A program made the position numbers and the translations under genes. A DNA stretch of 64,000 bases, taken from the IMG/VR virus record IMGVR_UViG_3300032030_000074, positions 3,916 through 67,915 of that record; one strand, given 5' to 3'. Positions within the stretch are counted from its first letter, which is position 1; each line of letters opens with the position of its first letter. The DNA is from a virus (lineage: Duplodnaviria; Caudoviricetes). Below are positions 19,650-29,250 of this stretch, in pieces. Below the pieces are notes generated by a model. That model saw only the letters and a list, made by a program, of their open reading frames with translations, was not told the DNA's origin and ran no database searches.

Positions 19650-20210
19650 ATGGCTGAAATTTTGCAGGTCAAAGAAAAGTTTGTGATTGATGACGCGGTA
19701 AAAGCTGATTGGGCGCTTGAAAAAATTCGCGAGCATAAAAAAATTATTCGCGAATACGAAACACGCCGCGACGCGCTCATTGCCGAGTATCAAAGACGCA
19801 TTGACAAAGTAACTAAAGACTGCACCGACGATTGCGCCGACGACTTAGCGGCTATCGACAACTTGACGTCACTGTTACTTGAATACGCGCAAACGGCAAT
19901 GCCTAAAAATAAACGCACACTGAAATTTGGGTGTGGAAATATCTCTTTCCGCAAGCAACAGACCAAATTTTATTTTACCGATGGCGAGGAGCCGTCCGCT
20001 AAGTCAGAGCGCTTGGTAGAGTATCTGCGCAAAATTGACCAGCATTTAATTATCCCGCATTACACGGCGGCTTGGGATCGGTTTAAGCGCCGCCTTGCCG
20101 TTGACACCACGAAAAACAATGAGATTGTCGACACGGTAACAGGCGAGGTTATCACCGACATTTACGCCGTTACGCCGCCGGACAAATTTATTGTTGATAT
20201 TTTGGATTAA
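19650..20210 (+). CDS. Gam-like host-nuclease inhibitor
   Basis: FVIDDAVKADWALEKI...coiled coil...KRTLKFGCGNISFRKQQ. Confidence 0.7.
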   Translation: MAEILQVKEKFVIDDAVKADWALEKIREHKKIIREYETRRDALIAEYQRRIDKVTKDCTDDCADDLAAIDNLTSLLLEYAQTAMPKNKRTLKFGCGNISFRKQQTKFYFTDGEEPSAKSERLVEYLRKIDQHLIIPHYTAAWDRFKRRLAVDTTKNNEIVDTVTGEVITDIYAVTPPDKFIVDILD

Positions 20211-20215
20211 ACGCT

Positions 20216-20926
20216 ATGGATATCAACCTTAATAATAAACCTGGGCTTGCAGAATTTTTAGAGGACGCCCGCATACTTACGGCAATACAAAATGATTTTG
20301 GCAAACACAAACGCGCATTCCGCATGAAGCTGGAAATGGATATAAATCATTATGCCGGCGGTGATTGGAAACAGCTCCTTGACTTAATCAACGACAGCTA
20401 CCAAAAACATATTAACGCCGTCAAAACACAGGACGAATACGACGCATTGTACCAAAATACTTATGACATTGCTTGTATCGCACGTGTAATATCCGGCGAT
20501 ATGCTGGCGTACTGTGGCATTGCTGAATATTATATTGAACAGATTAAATTTACCGATGTGGTATGTCCCTGTTGCGGCAAGGAGCTTGATACAGACGTCA
20601 TAGACCACTTGCAAAAAGACCTTAACCTGCATAGAAGCCTGGAATGGTTTTATAGTAAATGTTGTGGACAGCGTCTTAAAGACTGTATCGCACTAAAACA
20701 ACTTGCCGCCGAGAAAGATTTTGATTCGCAGAATTGGCAAAAAAATTTAAAGCAAGCGATTGGCGCAAGGGCACGAGTTGAAGATATTGAGGGCGAACCT
20801 TCGGAGGTAGGTCAAGTTTTAGATGACTTGCGTGCTAAGGCGGCGGAGGAAGAAAAGCAAGCCGCCTTAGAAACAGTAAAAGCGTGGTTTAAAGGCAGAG
20901 ATGAAAATGCAACCGACAGGAGGTGA
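20216..20926 (+). CDS. hypothetical protein with Cys motifs
   Basis: CPCCG and KCCG; 236 aa. Confidence 0.6.
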   Translation: MDINLNNKPGLAEFLEDARILTAIQNDFGKHKRAFRMKLEMDINHYAGGDWKQLLDLINDSYQKHINAVKTQDEYDALYQNTYDIACIARVISGDMLAYCGIAEYYIEQIKFTDVVCPCCGKELDTDVIDHLQKDLNLHRSLEWFYSKCCGQRLKDCIALKQLAAEKDFDSQNWQKNLKQAIGARARVEDIEGEPSEVGQVLDDLRAKAAEEEKQAALETVKAWFKGRDENATDRR

Positions 20927-20933
20927 AAAATTA

Positions 20934-21051
20934 TGTGGGTTATCACGGATAAAGGCGACGCGCGAAATTTAGCGCACGCATACAAGAGTCAATAACCCAC
21001 CGCAACGGCGACGTGAAAGTTTATGCTACATTTATGAGAAAATTTATTTGA
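20934..21051 (+). pseudogene. possible frameshifted small gene
   Basis: RBS ggaggtga then MWVITDKGDARNLAHAYKSQ*; a shifted frame continues ITHRNGDVKVYATFMRKFI*. Confidence 0.3.
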
Positions 21052-21061
21052 CGCGGGAGGT

Positions 21062-21331
21062 TTGAAAATGGACAAAAAAAAGTTTGAAGCGGCAATTTTA
21101 AGAATTGCCAATTTAGCTGAGAATAAGCGAGACGTTTTTGGTGAGGACGTTCATAAGTATATTGACTGCGAAATTATTAAGGCGGCACGTGCACTTTTGA
21201 CGGCGGCTGGTGACGATATTGTAGGAACTCCCACACCTGCAGGTATAAAAGCATATCCTTCAGGCAAGCGCGAATTTGTTTGTACGAAATTGTCATATAG
21301 ATATGATGATGCAGTTAAAAATACCAATTGA
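21062..21331 (+). CDS. hypothetical protein
   Basis: RBS gggagg; 89 aa. Confidence 0.55.
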   Translation: MKMDKKKFEAAILRIANLAENKRDVFGEDVHKYIDCEIIKAARALLTAAGDDIVGTPTPAGIKAYPSGKREFVCTKLSYRYDDAVKNTN

Positions 21332-21674
21332 CATTGTACCGCAGGGACGTCCGCGTTTTTACAATGGTGTAGCCGTAGACCCGCCGAAGAGTAGACAATT
21401 TAAATACGTCCTAGCCTTGATAGTTAAGCCGCTTGCCGGTACGCCGATGAGCGGCGAAGTCAAAGTTAAACTTGATATTTATCGGCATTGCAAAAGTGTC
21501 ACGTCCCGCCGGTACGGTGACATAGATAATTTAGCAAAGGCTGTATTGGACGCATTGAATGGTATTTGTTGGCAAGATGATTCGCAAATATCGGAGCTAC
21601 ACATTACAAAAAATCTTGCCGACGAGCCGCGCATAGAAATTGAGATTGAGGAAATCAAAAATGATTACACTTGA
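21303..21674 (+). CDS. rusA: RusA Holliday junction resolvase
   Basis: PQGRPRF...DIDNLAKAVLDALNGICWQDDSQI. Confidence 0.9.
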   Translation: MMMQLKIPIDIVPQGRPRFYNGVAVDPPKSRQFKYVLALIVKPLAGTPMSGEVKVKLDIYRHCKSVTSRRYGDIDNLAKAVLDALNGICWQDDSQISELHITKNLADEPRIEIEIEEIKNDYT

Positions 21675-21963
21675 CGACTTAAAAACCTTCGCAAAGTTGC
21701 CGCATATTTTCACGTCGGACATTTACCGCAGAATCGAAATGTCTATTGCGTACTATGACGCCTGTAAAACTTATATTGTCCGCCTTTTAAAAGATATTGG
21801 CGAGGACGCTTACAAAAAGCCTTACGAATACGACAGGCTTAAAGAGTTTATACTTGATTGCCCCAAAAATCCTTATGACATAGACCACACGCCTTATCTT
21901 TTGGCGATTATTGCACAGATGAAATCTCAAAATTGCAAGGAGGTTCACGATGACAAAGTTTAG
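21661..21963 (+). CDS. hypothetical protein
   Basis: ORF coupled to neighbours. Confidence 0.5.
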   Translation: MITLDDLKTFAKLPHIFTSDIYRRIEMSIAYYDACKTYIVRLLKDIGEDAYKKPYEYDRLKEFILDCPKNPYDIDHTPYLLAIIAQMKSQNCKEVHDDKV

Positions 21964-22273
21964 TTTAAAAACCGTAAACGGTAAACTTAAAAAATTTTTC
22001 GCGGTTGCCGCATTGGGATTTTTCGGCGCGGCTACGGCTAGCATTAATTTCGACGACGAGCCGAAATATGAAGTTCACGTCGAACGCTACAAGGTTCGTG
22101 CCGGTGACACGTTTTGGGATGTATCGCGCTACTACCGCGATTTGGACGACCGCAATCTTTACATTTTTGACTACCAAGACGAATTGCGCCGCCTGAATCC
22201 CAAGCTTGTCGAAAACAAAAATCAGCTGAATGTTGGAGACACGATAGAGGTTCTGTATTACAAATATAAATAA
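21950..22273 (+). CDS. LysM-domain protein with N-terminal hydrophobic segment
   Basis: YKVRAGDTFWDVS...LRRLNP...LNVGDTI. Confidence 0.75.
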   Translation: MTKFSLKTVNGKLKKFFAVAALGFFGAATASINFDDEPKYEVHVERYKVRAGDTFWDVSRYYRDLDDRNLYIFDYQDELRRLNPKLVENKNQLNVGDTIEVLYYKYK

Positions 22274-22412
22274 AAAAATGTCCTGCAAGCAGGACGGTAT
22301 AAAAAACCAAAAATATTATATCACGTTTCAAAACCGTAAACAGTAAAAATATTATATCACAAGCAAAGTTAAAAAAGTGGCGGTGGACAAAAAAAATCTG
22401 CCGCCTTGAGGG

Positions 22413-23090
22413 GTGATTAAATTGACGCAAGAAGAAATTGAGAAAAGGGTTGCACTGCACAAAAAATGGCTTGACAGCGAAGACGGCGGCGAGAGAGCAA
22501 GTTTTACTCATCAAGATTTAAGTTGTAAAGATTTATCAGAAGGACTTTTCAGTCAAGCTTATTTTATCGAGGCGCAATTAAAATACGCCTTGCTTAGAAA
22601 TGCAAATTTAAAGGGTGCTGATTTAGTCGGCGCAAATCTTTTCGGAGCTTTGTTAATAAACGCCAATTTAAAGGGTGCTGATTTAGTCGGCGCAAATCTT
22701 TTCGGAGCTGATTTAAGTGAAGCGAACTTAGCTTATGTCAGAGTAGATGACAACACGCAAGGATATTTTCTTGCCTGTCCGTCGCACGGTGCTTTTACCG
22801 CGTTTAAAAAAGCGGGTGGCTATATCGTTGTGCTATGGATTCCGGAAGATGCTAAACGTTCATCCGCGACTACCTACAAGTGTCGGTGTGATAAGGCTAA
22901 AGTCCTGCGAATTGAAAATCTTGATGGCACTCCCACCAAGATTGACCGCGTTTCAAGTAACTACGACAAAGATTTTATTTATAAAGTCGGCGAAACGGTT
23001 TCGGTTGAAAATTTTGATGATAATCGGTGGAATGAGTGTTCCACAGGCATCCACTTTTTCATTGACCGAGACTTAGCGGTAATTTATTAG
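22413..23090 (+). CDS. pentapeptide-repeat protein with DUF5758-like C-terminus
   Basis: ANLKGADLVGANLFGA twice (45 bp copies at 22605 and 22665); IPEDAKRSSAT..KCRCDKAKVL...ECSTGIHFF. Confidence 0.85.
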   Translation: MIKLTQEEIEKRVALHKKWLDSEDGGERASFTHQDLSCKDLSEGLFSQAYFIEAQLKYALLRNANLKGADLVGANLFGALLINANLKGADLVGANLFGADLSEANLAYVRVDDNTQGYFLACPSHGAFTAFKKAGGYIVVLWIPEDAKRSSATTYKCRCDKAKVLRIENLDGTPTKIDRVSSNYDKDFIYKVGETVSVENFDDNRWNECSTGIHFFIDRDLAVIY

Positions 23091-23102
23091 TGGGGTGATT
23101 TA

Positions 23103-23441
23103 ATGCAGGGCATACCAATTAAATTTCGTGGTAAACCTATTTCATCAAGCGAAAGTGACTACATTTATGGCGATTATGTCACGATCGAAGGGGGTTGCGC
23201 GATCCGCGTCAAGATAAGAGCTAACCTTTTTCATATTCACGAATATGAGATTGCAGTCAAGCCGGAAACCGTTGCACAGTTAGTCGGCTACGACGCCAAC
23301 GGCAAGGAAGTCTACGAAGGCGACACGGTTGACGCATTTTTCGGCACTTCTGAAAAACCGTCACACAATTTTCCTGCCGCATTATCAAGCAATATTGAGG
23401 CACCGACAGATTTAGATTTTAAATTTGTGAAGAGAGGTTAA
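23103..23441 (+). CDS. YopX-like protein
   Basis: IKFRGK...VKPETVAQLVGYDANGKEVYEGD. Confidence 0.7.
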   Translation: MQGIPIKFRGKPISSSESDYIYGDYVTIEGGCAIRVKIRANLFHIHEYEIAVKPETVAQLVGYDANGKEVYEGDTVDAFFGTSEKPSHNFPAALSSNIEAPTDLDFKFVKRG

Positions 23442-23444
23442 GCA

Positions 23445-23579
23445 ATGAATGACGACGAACCGAGCAAACCCTATTGGAAATTAAAAGACGAAATGCAGAG
23501 GCGCGTAGCAAAAATGTCAATGACTACACTTATGATTTGGAGAGACTTTTACTTTCAGGAGTTGTTTAAAAATGAATAA
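23445..23579 (+). CDS. small hypothetical protein (44 aa, not in ORF track)
   Basis: RBS gagagg, MNDDEPSKPYWKLK...; stop overlaps the next start. Confidence 0.45.
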   Translation: MNDDEPSKPYWKLKDEMQRRVAKMSMTTLMIWRDFYFQELFKNE

Positions 23580-24117
23580 AATTTTGCCCTTGCCGGTCAA
23601 AAAAAATAAATTTGGCGAACGTGTAGCCGAAATCAGCATTGAAAAGTGTTACCACCAAATTTGCGAAGAGGTTGTGGAGGCGCACGAGTGGCAATATACG
23701 GTGGACGAAAATCGCGAACACAGTTACGAGGCGGAAGAGCTTGTAGACGTCATAACTTGCTGTATCACGCGTCTTAACATTATCAACTGCAAAGATGATG
23801 TTATCGACGTAGTTAAAATGCAGGAAAAATATTATGACGAACCTGCCGACTTTTACACCGACCTTGCCGTCGTCGTTATGAATAGTTACCACGCCGCTAA
23901 AACAGCTATAAATTTTGAATATATGCATAATAAAGGCTGTGGATATTGCGCCATTGACCTTGCAGAAGTCGAATACGTCGAAAAATATTGTCTCGGCTAC
24001 ATTATCGTGATGTGCATAAAGCGCCTTGCAAAACTCGGCTACGACGAATCGGCACGGCAGAAAATTTATCAAGCCGTAAATGAGAAAAATCGCAAGCGCG
24101 GATATTTTGAGGAGTAA
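23572..24117 (+). CDS. MazG-like nucleotide pyrophosphohydrolase
   Basis: ICEEVVEA...EAEELVDVI acidic motifs; C-terminal NEKNRKRGY. Confidence 0.5.
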   Translation: MNKILPLPVKKNKFGERVAEISIEKCYHQICEEVVEAHEWQYTVDENREHSYEAEELVDVITCCITRLNIINCKDDVIDVVKMQEKYYDEPADFYTDLAVVVMNSYHAAKTAINFEYMHNKGCGYCAIDLAEVEYVEKYCLGYIIVMCIKRLAKLGYDESARQKIYQAVNEKNRKRGYFEE

Positions 24118-24122
24118 AAAAT

Positions 24123-24392
24123 ATGACTAATATAAATTATGCGCAAATGCGCAAAATCTGCGTGGATTTAAAGGTAAAAATCGAATATTGGCAGGATATT
24201 TGCGAGACGCAATGCCAACTTGATATCGCCTTGCAAAATTTAAAAAATGGCGACGATGCGGACGACTGCCAAAATACAAGAGCCATTGCCGCAATGGATT
24301 CTGCTCTTTCGACTTTGCAAGATTTACAGCTTTATTTCTGCGAGGAAATTCAAAATAACATTTTATTGGCGGCACAAATATTTAGAGCCTAA
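24123..24392 (+). CDS. hypothetical protein
   Basis: 89 aa ORF with RBS. Confidence 0.5.
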   Translation: MTNINYAQMRKICVDLKVKIEYWQDICETQCQLDIALQNLKNGDDADDCQNTRAIAAMDSALSTLQDLQLYFCEEIQNNILLAAQIFRA

Positions 24393-24410
24393 TTACGGAG
24401 TGATTAAAAA

Positions 24411-25514
24411 ATGAAATTTTCGTTCAGAAAAAAAGAATTGGTAGATGTGCTTACGCAAGTATCAAAGGCGGTCGCAGTTAAGCCGATGACGCCTGTTTTG
24501 CAGGGCATTTACCTTAAAGTTTTCGGCGACGTTTTAGAGTTGCAAGCCAACAACTATTCACTCGGTATGGCGGGGCAAATCACCGTGAACGCATATGACG
24601 ACGGCGGCGAAGCAGTAGTTATCGGCAAAAAATTTTTGGAAATTGTCAAGGTTATGCCGGACGACGTGATTTTAATCGCGCGGAATGACAAAGATAATTG
24701 CCTTGAAATTTCTTCAGGTAGGTCAAACTACTCCGTCGCTACAATGAACGCCGATGATTTTCCGAAAGTCACGCAAGACGACACGGAGACGCGGTTTGAA
24801 ATTAATGCGTCTGCACTGAAAAACGCGATTAAGCGTACGGTTTTTGCTTGTAGCAATGACGACGGCGGACACCCACTTTATACCGGCTGTCTGTTTGATA
24901 TCGGCGATGACAAAATCGCAGTTGCCGCGACCAATATGCACCGCCTTGCCGTTATCAAAGACGTATTTTTAAACGCGCCGATGTCAGCTAGGTTTGTTAT
25001 TCCCGCCGGCGCACTTAATGTCATTGCCGGTATGTTGACGGATGAAGATAAGCTTATTGGCATTTACTACAGCGGCAAAAGTGTATCTTTTTCAATCGAC
25101 GGCGTTTTTGTAAAGGCGCGGCTGATTGAAGGCACTTTTCCCGACTACAACCGCGTGATACCTGCCGAAACTGCTATCACTGCCAATTTGATGACAAGCG
25201 AGCTTAGAGCCGCTATTGCAAGACTTTTGGTGATATCTCAAAACACTAAGGACAGCAAGATTAAATTTAATTTTGCGCGTGACAGTGTGGAGATAACGGC
25301 GTATTCGGCGGAGTTTGGCGAGGGCAAAGAATTTTTAAGCGCGGACGTTTCAGGCGGCGAGTTGGGAATTTGCTTTAACAGCCGCTACATCAATGACGTG
25401 TTGAGAGATTTTAAGTCGGAAGATTTTCAAATTGCGCTTAACGGCGAATTTGACCCCGCGCTTATTCGCGACGCCGACAATTATATTTACGTTGTCACGC
25501 CGCTTAGAGCTTAG
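24411..25514 (+). CDS. dnaN: DNA polymerase III beta sliding clamp
   Basis: 367 aa; VAVKPMTPVLQGI, AATNMHRLA, ARLIEGTFPDYNRVIP, FNSRYIND, YVVTPLR. Confidence 0.92.
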   Translation: MKFSFRKKELVDVLTQVSKAVAVKPMTPVLQGIYLKVFGDVLELQANNYSLGMAGQITVNAYDDGGEAVVIGKKFLEIVKVMPDDVILIARNDKDNCLEISSGRSNYSVATMNADDFPKVTQDDTETRFEINASALKNAIKRTVFACSNDDGGHPLYTGCLFDIGDDKIAVAATNMHRLAVIKDVFLNAPMSARFVIPAGALNVIAGMLTDEDKLIGIYYSGKSVSFSIDGVFVKARLIEGTFPDYNRVIPAETAITANLMTSELRAAIARLLVISQNTKDSKIKFNFARDSVEITAYSAEFGEGKEFLSADVSGGELGICFNSRYINDVLRDFKSEDFQIALNGEFDPALIRDADNYIYVVTPLRA

Positions 25515-25526
25515 GGAGGAGACCTA

Positions 25527-25790
25527 ATGGAATTTTTTAGCAACAAAGATTTAAATAAACGTATTTCACGTCTTGAAAATGCGTTTGCTGAAATAAATTC
25601 AGATACTGCCACAGCGGCTTTGATTTATTTAATTGATAACGGACGATTAAGAATTGAAGTTCCGACACCTACAGTAAACATTGAAATTGAAAGTTCGTCG
25701 GTTGAAAATTTTGTTGAAGCCACCGAAAAATTAAAACAGCACAATAATATTTGGAATTTGAATATCACGGGCAGGATAAAAGTCGGGTAG
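25527..25790 (+). CDS. hypothetical protein
   Basis: RBS gggagg; 87 aa. Confidence 0.5.
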   Translation: MEFFSNKDLNKRISRLENAFAEINSDTATAALIYLIDNGRLRIEVPTPTVNIEIESSSVENFVEATEKLKQHNNIWNLNITGRIKVG

Positions 25791-26169
25791 CTATCTGCCC
25801 AAAAATTGTTCCAAAAGTTGCACCGAGCAATGCCCAGCCTATTGATTCTATTATGTGTGTACATCGCGCCTTACTTTTTTGGCGTTTCCAGTTCATCAAT
25901 AGAGTTTTCCCGCGTTCTGTGATGAAATATCTCGGTGTACTTAAGCCACTATTTCCACTCCAAATTTCATACTTTACTTTTAAAACATTGGCATTTTCAA
26001 AGGCAACACGTATCCCATTGATATTTTCTTCTTTTGCCTCAGAAAGAATCATTAAATTATAAGTCAGCTGATAATCTGGAAAATGTTTTTGGTGCAAGTC
26101 ATCTATAGTAACACCGTTTTCACCGTAACTATTAATGACGTCTAAAATTTCAAAATCAAAATCAGTCAT
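25765..26169 (-). CDS. reverse-oriented moron with C-terminal TM helix
   Basis: Winged-helix-like N-terminus ending YFITERGK; hydrophobic C-terminus; own TGCTATAAT on minus strand at 26193-26201. Confidence 0.6.
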   Translation of the reverse strand: MTDFDFEILDVINSYGENGVTIDDLHQKHFPDYQLTYNLMILSEAKEENINGIRVAFENANVLKVKYEIWSGNSGLSTPRYFITERGKTLLMNWKRQKSKARCTHIIESIGWALLGATFGTIFGQIATRLLSCP

Positions 26170-26221
26170 AATTTCACCCACTTAAAAATAAAATTATAGC
26201 ATAAAGAAAGGAGGTGACTGA

Positions 26222-26587
26222 ATGAAATATTTGATTGAAGGCATTGCGGTTGAATCTTTTGGACTTGACGAGTTCACCGAGCAGGACGCAAAAAAATATG
26301 TAGATTATATTCACGAACACGTACCTCCGGAAGAAATGGCGACAGTTGGCAAAGAAGTCACTTTGTCTATCGAAGTTAAACTTTGTGATGACGGCAAGGT
26401 TGACGCCGACTATATTTTTAAAGGTGAAAAGTTTGAACGTATCCGCCGTATTACAGGATATTTGACTGGAAATTTAAACACTTGGAATGACGCTAAACGG
26501 AGTGAAGAATCAGACCGCGTAAAGCACACGGGCAAAGACGGCTCGGACGGCTGGTTTAACAGCTCAGGCAGACAATTAAAGGAGTAG
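26222..26587 (+). CDS. stand-alone NrdD C-terminal (glycyl-radical motif) protein
   Basis: ERIRRITGYLTGNLNTWNDAKRSEESDRVKH matches class III RNR C-terminus; only 121 aa. Confidence 0.75.
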   Translation: MKYLIEGIAVESFGLDEFTEQDAKKYVDYIHEHVPPEEMATVGKEVTLSIEVKLCDDGKVDADYIFKGEKFERIRRITGYLTGNLNTWNDAKRSEESDRVKHTGKDGSDGWFNSSGRQLKE

Positions 26588-26592
26588 CGGCA

Positions 26593-27063
26593 ATGTTAAA
26601 AAATAGCAAAACCAATTGGGAGCCGGTACCGTCACTAAATTATTTGTACGAGCTTAATTCAGAGGGCGCATTGCGAAATGCTCGTACTAAACATTGCTTA
26701 GCACTTCAGCCGCAAGGTCGCTATGCTCCAACGGTGCAAGGCAAACAAAGGCTCTGCTCTAAAAAAAGTTTATTATGGGAAGTGTTCGGTGTAATTCCGA
26801 AAACCTATGGCAAGAACAAGCCGATAACTATAATTGCCCAATTTAACGGTAAATGTTTTAAATTAAAAAGCATCGCCGAAACAGCGGCTTTTTTGTCGCA
26901 AAAAACCGGAAAATTAAAGGAAACGTTACGCAAATACCTGCACTTTCGTGTGGCAGAGATTGGCGGCTACAAAATCACCTACTACCCGCCGAAGGATTTA
27001 GCCGCCGTCACCGACACGGTAACGCAATGGAAAGGCAAGCGGTACGGCGAAAGAGGCGATTGA
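26593..27063 (+). CDS. NUMOD4-like DNA-binding protein
   Basis: WEPVPSLNYLYELNSEGALRN; no clear HNH motif. Confidence 0.55.
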   Translation: MLKNSKTNWEPVPSLNYLYELNSEGALRNARTKHCLALQPQGRYAPTVQGKQRLCSKKSLLWEVFGVIPKTYGKNKPITIIAQFNGKCFKLKSIAETAAFLSQKTGKLKETLRKYLHFRVAEIGGYKITYYPPKDLAAVTDTVTQWKGKRYGERGD

Positions 27064-27065
27064 AA

Positions 27066-27317
27066 ATGCAAGAATTACTGAATACCGGTCGTGACATTTT
27101 GGCGGTAGTTTGGGGGCTTAACTGCTTGCTCCTTGTACTGGCGACGTTGTTTGCCATTATCTGCGTACCGATTTTTAAAAATCCCGACGACTACAAAGGT
27201 TTTTTAAACCGAGTATTTGTCCCCTTAGCAAAGGCGGAAAAATATTTCGTAATAGCCGCGATGACGATTTTAACGGCGCTGATAATACTGCGCGTCTTGA
27301 TTTATTTAGGCATATAA
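27066..27317 (+). CDS. small two-TM membrane protein
   Basis: Two hydrophobic stretches. Confidence 0.5.
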   Translation: MQELLNTGRDILAVVWGLNCLLLVLATLFAIICVPIFKNPDDYKGFLNRVFVPLAKAEKYFVIAAMTILTALIILRVLIYLGI

Positions 27318-27570
27318 AAACACGGTAAAAGGTTGAATGGATAGCGTTTCCGGCTCGGCAGATCGTAAAGTCCGATTGAAAATATTGACAATGCCGCAGT
27401 AACCCGTTATTATTTTCCTGCCGCATTAGCAGGAGGTGATAACACTGACAATCGGCGCAATGAAAAAGCCCCGCTTTTAACGGAGCTTTTCAAAGATTTT
27501 GGCGGTTATACTTGAGACCTATAGCCGCTATTTATTCAACCTTTAACTGCCTTAAAGGAGGAATTTCATT

Positions 27571-29169
27571 TTGAATAAGGATAATTTTGAAGTCTTACAA
27601 AGACTTAACACCGACCTTGAGGTCAACCACAGTGCGAAGTATCAAGACATGGAACTTGAACTTCTTGGTATGATGATTTTGCCGCAGAAAAAAGGCGAAT
27701 GCATACCCGTAATACGCAGTTACTTAAAGGCTGATGATTTCATTAATCCCGAACACGCCGCGATTTTTAACGCTTGCGTCAGCCTTTACGACGAAGGAAC
27801 CTTGCCTAACTTGACGCTTGTCGCGGACTGGCTGAAAAATCATAACTACACAATTTACAATAGCGCCAATGGAGAGGCTATTGCAAATGCCAATTCAAAC
27901 GTCGGTTGTGTAGCTACCGATACCATAATGAATTTAGGACAAGCCGCATTTACGGACGCTTACGCCGACAATTACGCGGCTATACTTGCAAAGGCGGCGC
28001 TGAAAAGAAAAATGTTAAAGCACAATTTACAGAGCATACAAAACATTTTCCGCGACACAATGTCGCCGGACGAAATGTTAAATGCCGACCAACAAATTAT
28101 TGACGAATTGACCGGCAATTCAAAAGTAAAAAAATTTGAAGGAATTTCAGAATTTCTTACCGGCAAGAATGATATCACAGATTCCAAATTATTTCAATAC
28201 TTCGAGGCATTTCAAAAGTTTGCAAATCGCAAAACCGGCTTTGAAAATTTTGACGCTGTACAAATTTTGGCGCCTTCGGTGCAAGTGATTGGCGGACTTC
28301 CCGGAACGGGCAAAACTACCTTTTGCTGGCAACTCTTAAATCAGCTTGCCGAGAGTGGCGAAACCTGCTTATATTTTAGTTATGAAATGTCGAATGCGGA
28401 AATATTCACCAAAACACTTGCACGCGAGCACTTCAAGATTTGCAATGCACGAGACATACCGACTTTAAATTCTATCGGTATTCGCAAAGGCGATTTTTGG
28501 AATGTTGTAATGCAGGGTAAAGAAAATCCTTTGTACGAATCCGCAATGGCGTTTATTGACGGCGTGATTCCTCGCGCTAAACTCAAATACAAAACACTGA
28601 AAATTTATGAGGCGGAAGATGAAACGATTGACGACATTTTAAGGATGATTCGCCCGTTTTGTCAATCCGGTAAAGCACCTATTGTCTGCATTGATTATCT
28701 GCAACTCATTAGCCCGACCGATCCTAAACTTACTGAGACTGACAACTTAAAAATCGTGATGAAACGCCTTAAGCGCTTTTCAACTACTACCAACACGACT
28801 TTTATCATTATTTCGGCATTAAACCGTGATTCTTATGCCGGCGGTGACACGCTGAAAGGTTTTCGCGGCACGTCCGCCATTGAGTTTAGTTGCGATGCCG
28901 CCTATTTGTTAAATCTCAATTTTGACCCTAAAGTCGAATCTGCCGAATCAGCGCAACGCAAACAACCGCGCGGAATCCGTTTGAAATGTTTAAAAAATAG
29001 GTTTGGCAACACTTTTGAAATTTATTTTGATTATGCCAGTGCGCACGATTATTTTGTATCAGCAGAGGCACCCGACGTCGTAGACGATACACCCGCCGAG
29101 CCGCAATCTGCCGAATCCGCACCGCCCACCACCAATGAGGACGACGAAGAAGAATTGCGCAGAGAATAA
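27571..29169 (+). CDS. DnaB-like replicative helicase
   Basis: DnaB N-domain (ELELLG...DDFINPEHAAIF), GLPGTGKT, IDYLQL, KNRFG. Confidence 0.85.
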   Translation: MNKDNFEVLQRLNTDLEVNHSAKYQDMELELLGMMILPQKKGECIPVIRSYLKADDFINPEHAAIFNACVSLYDEGTLPNLTLVADWLKNHNYTIYNSANGEAIANANSNVGCVATDTIMNLGQAAFTDAYADNYAAILAKAALKRKMLKHNLQSIQNIFRDTMSPDEMLNADQQIIDELTGNSKVKKFEGISEFLTGKNDITDSKLFQYFEAFQKFANRKTGFENFDAVQILAPSVQVIGGLPGTGKTTFCWQLLNQLAESGETCLYFSYEMSNAEIFTKTLAREHFKICNARDIPTLNSIGIRKGDFWNVVMQGKENPLYESAMAFIDGVIPRAKLKYKTLKIYEAEDETIDDILRMIRPFCQSGKAPIVCIDYLQLISPTDPKLTETDNLKIVMKRLKRFSTTTNTTFIIISALNRDSYAGGDTLKGFRGTSAIEFSCDAAYLLNLNFDPKVESAESAQRKQPRGIRLKCLKNRFGNTFEIYFDYASAHDYFVSAEAPDVVDDTPAEPQSAESAPPTTNEDDEEELRRE

Positions 29170-29250
29170 TATTTAATTATAAGCTTGCCTTTAGCACCGA
29201 TTTTTAAAATTGGTGCTATTTTTGGCGCTGTAAATAAAGGAGAATAGTCA

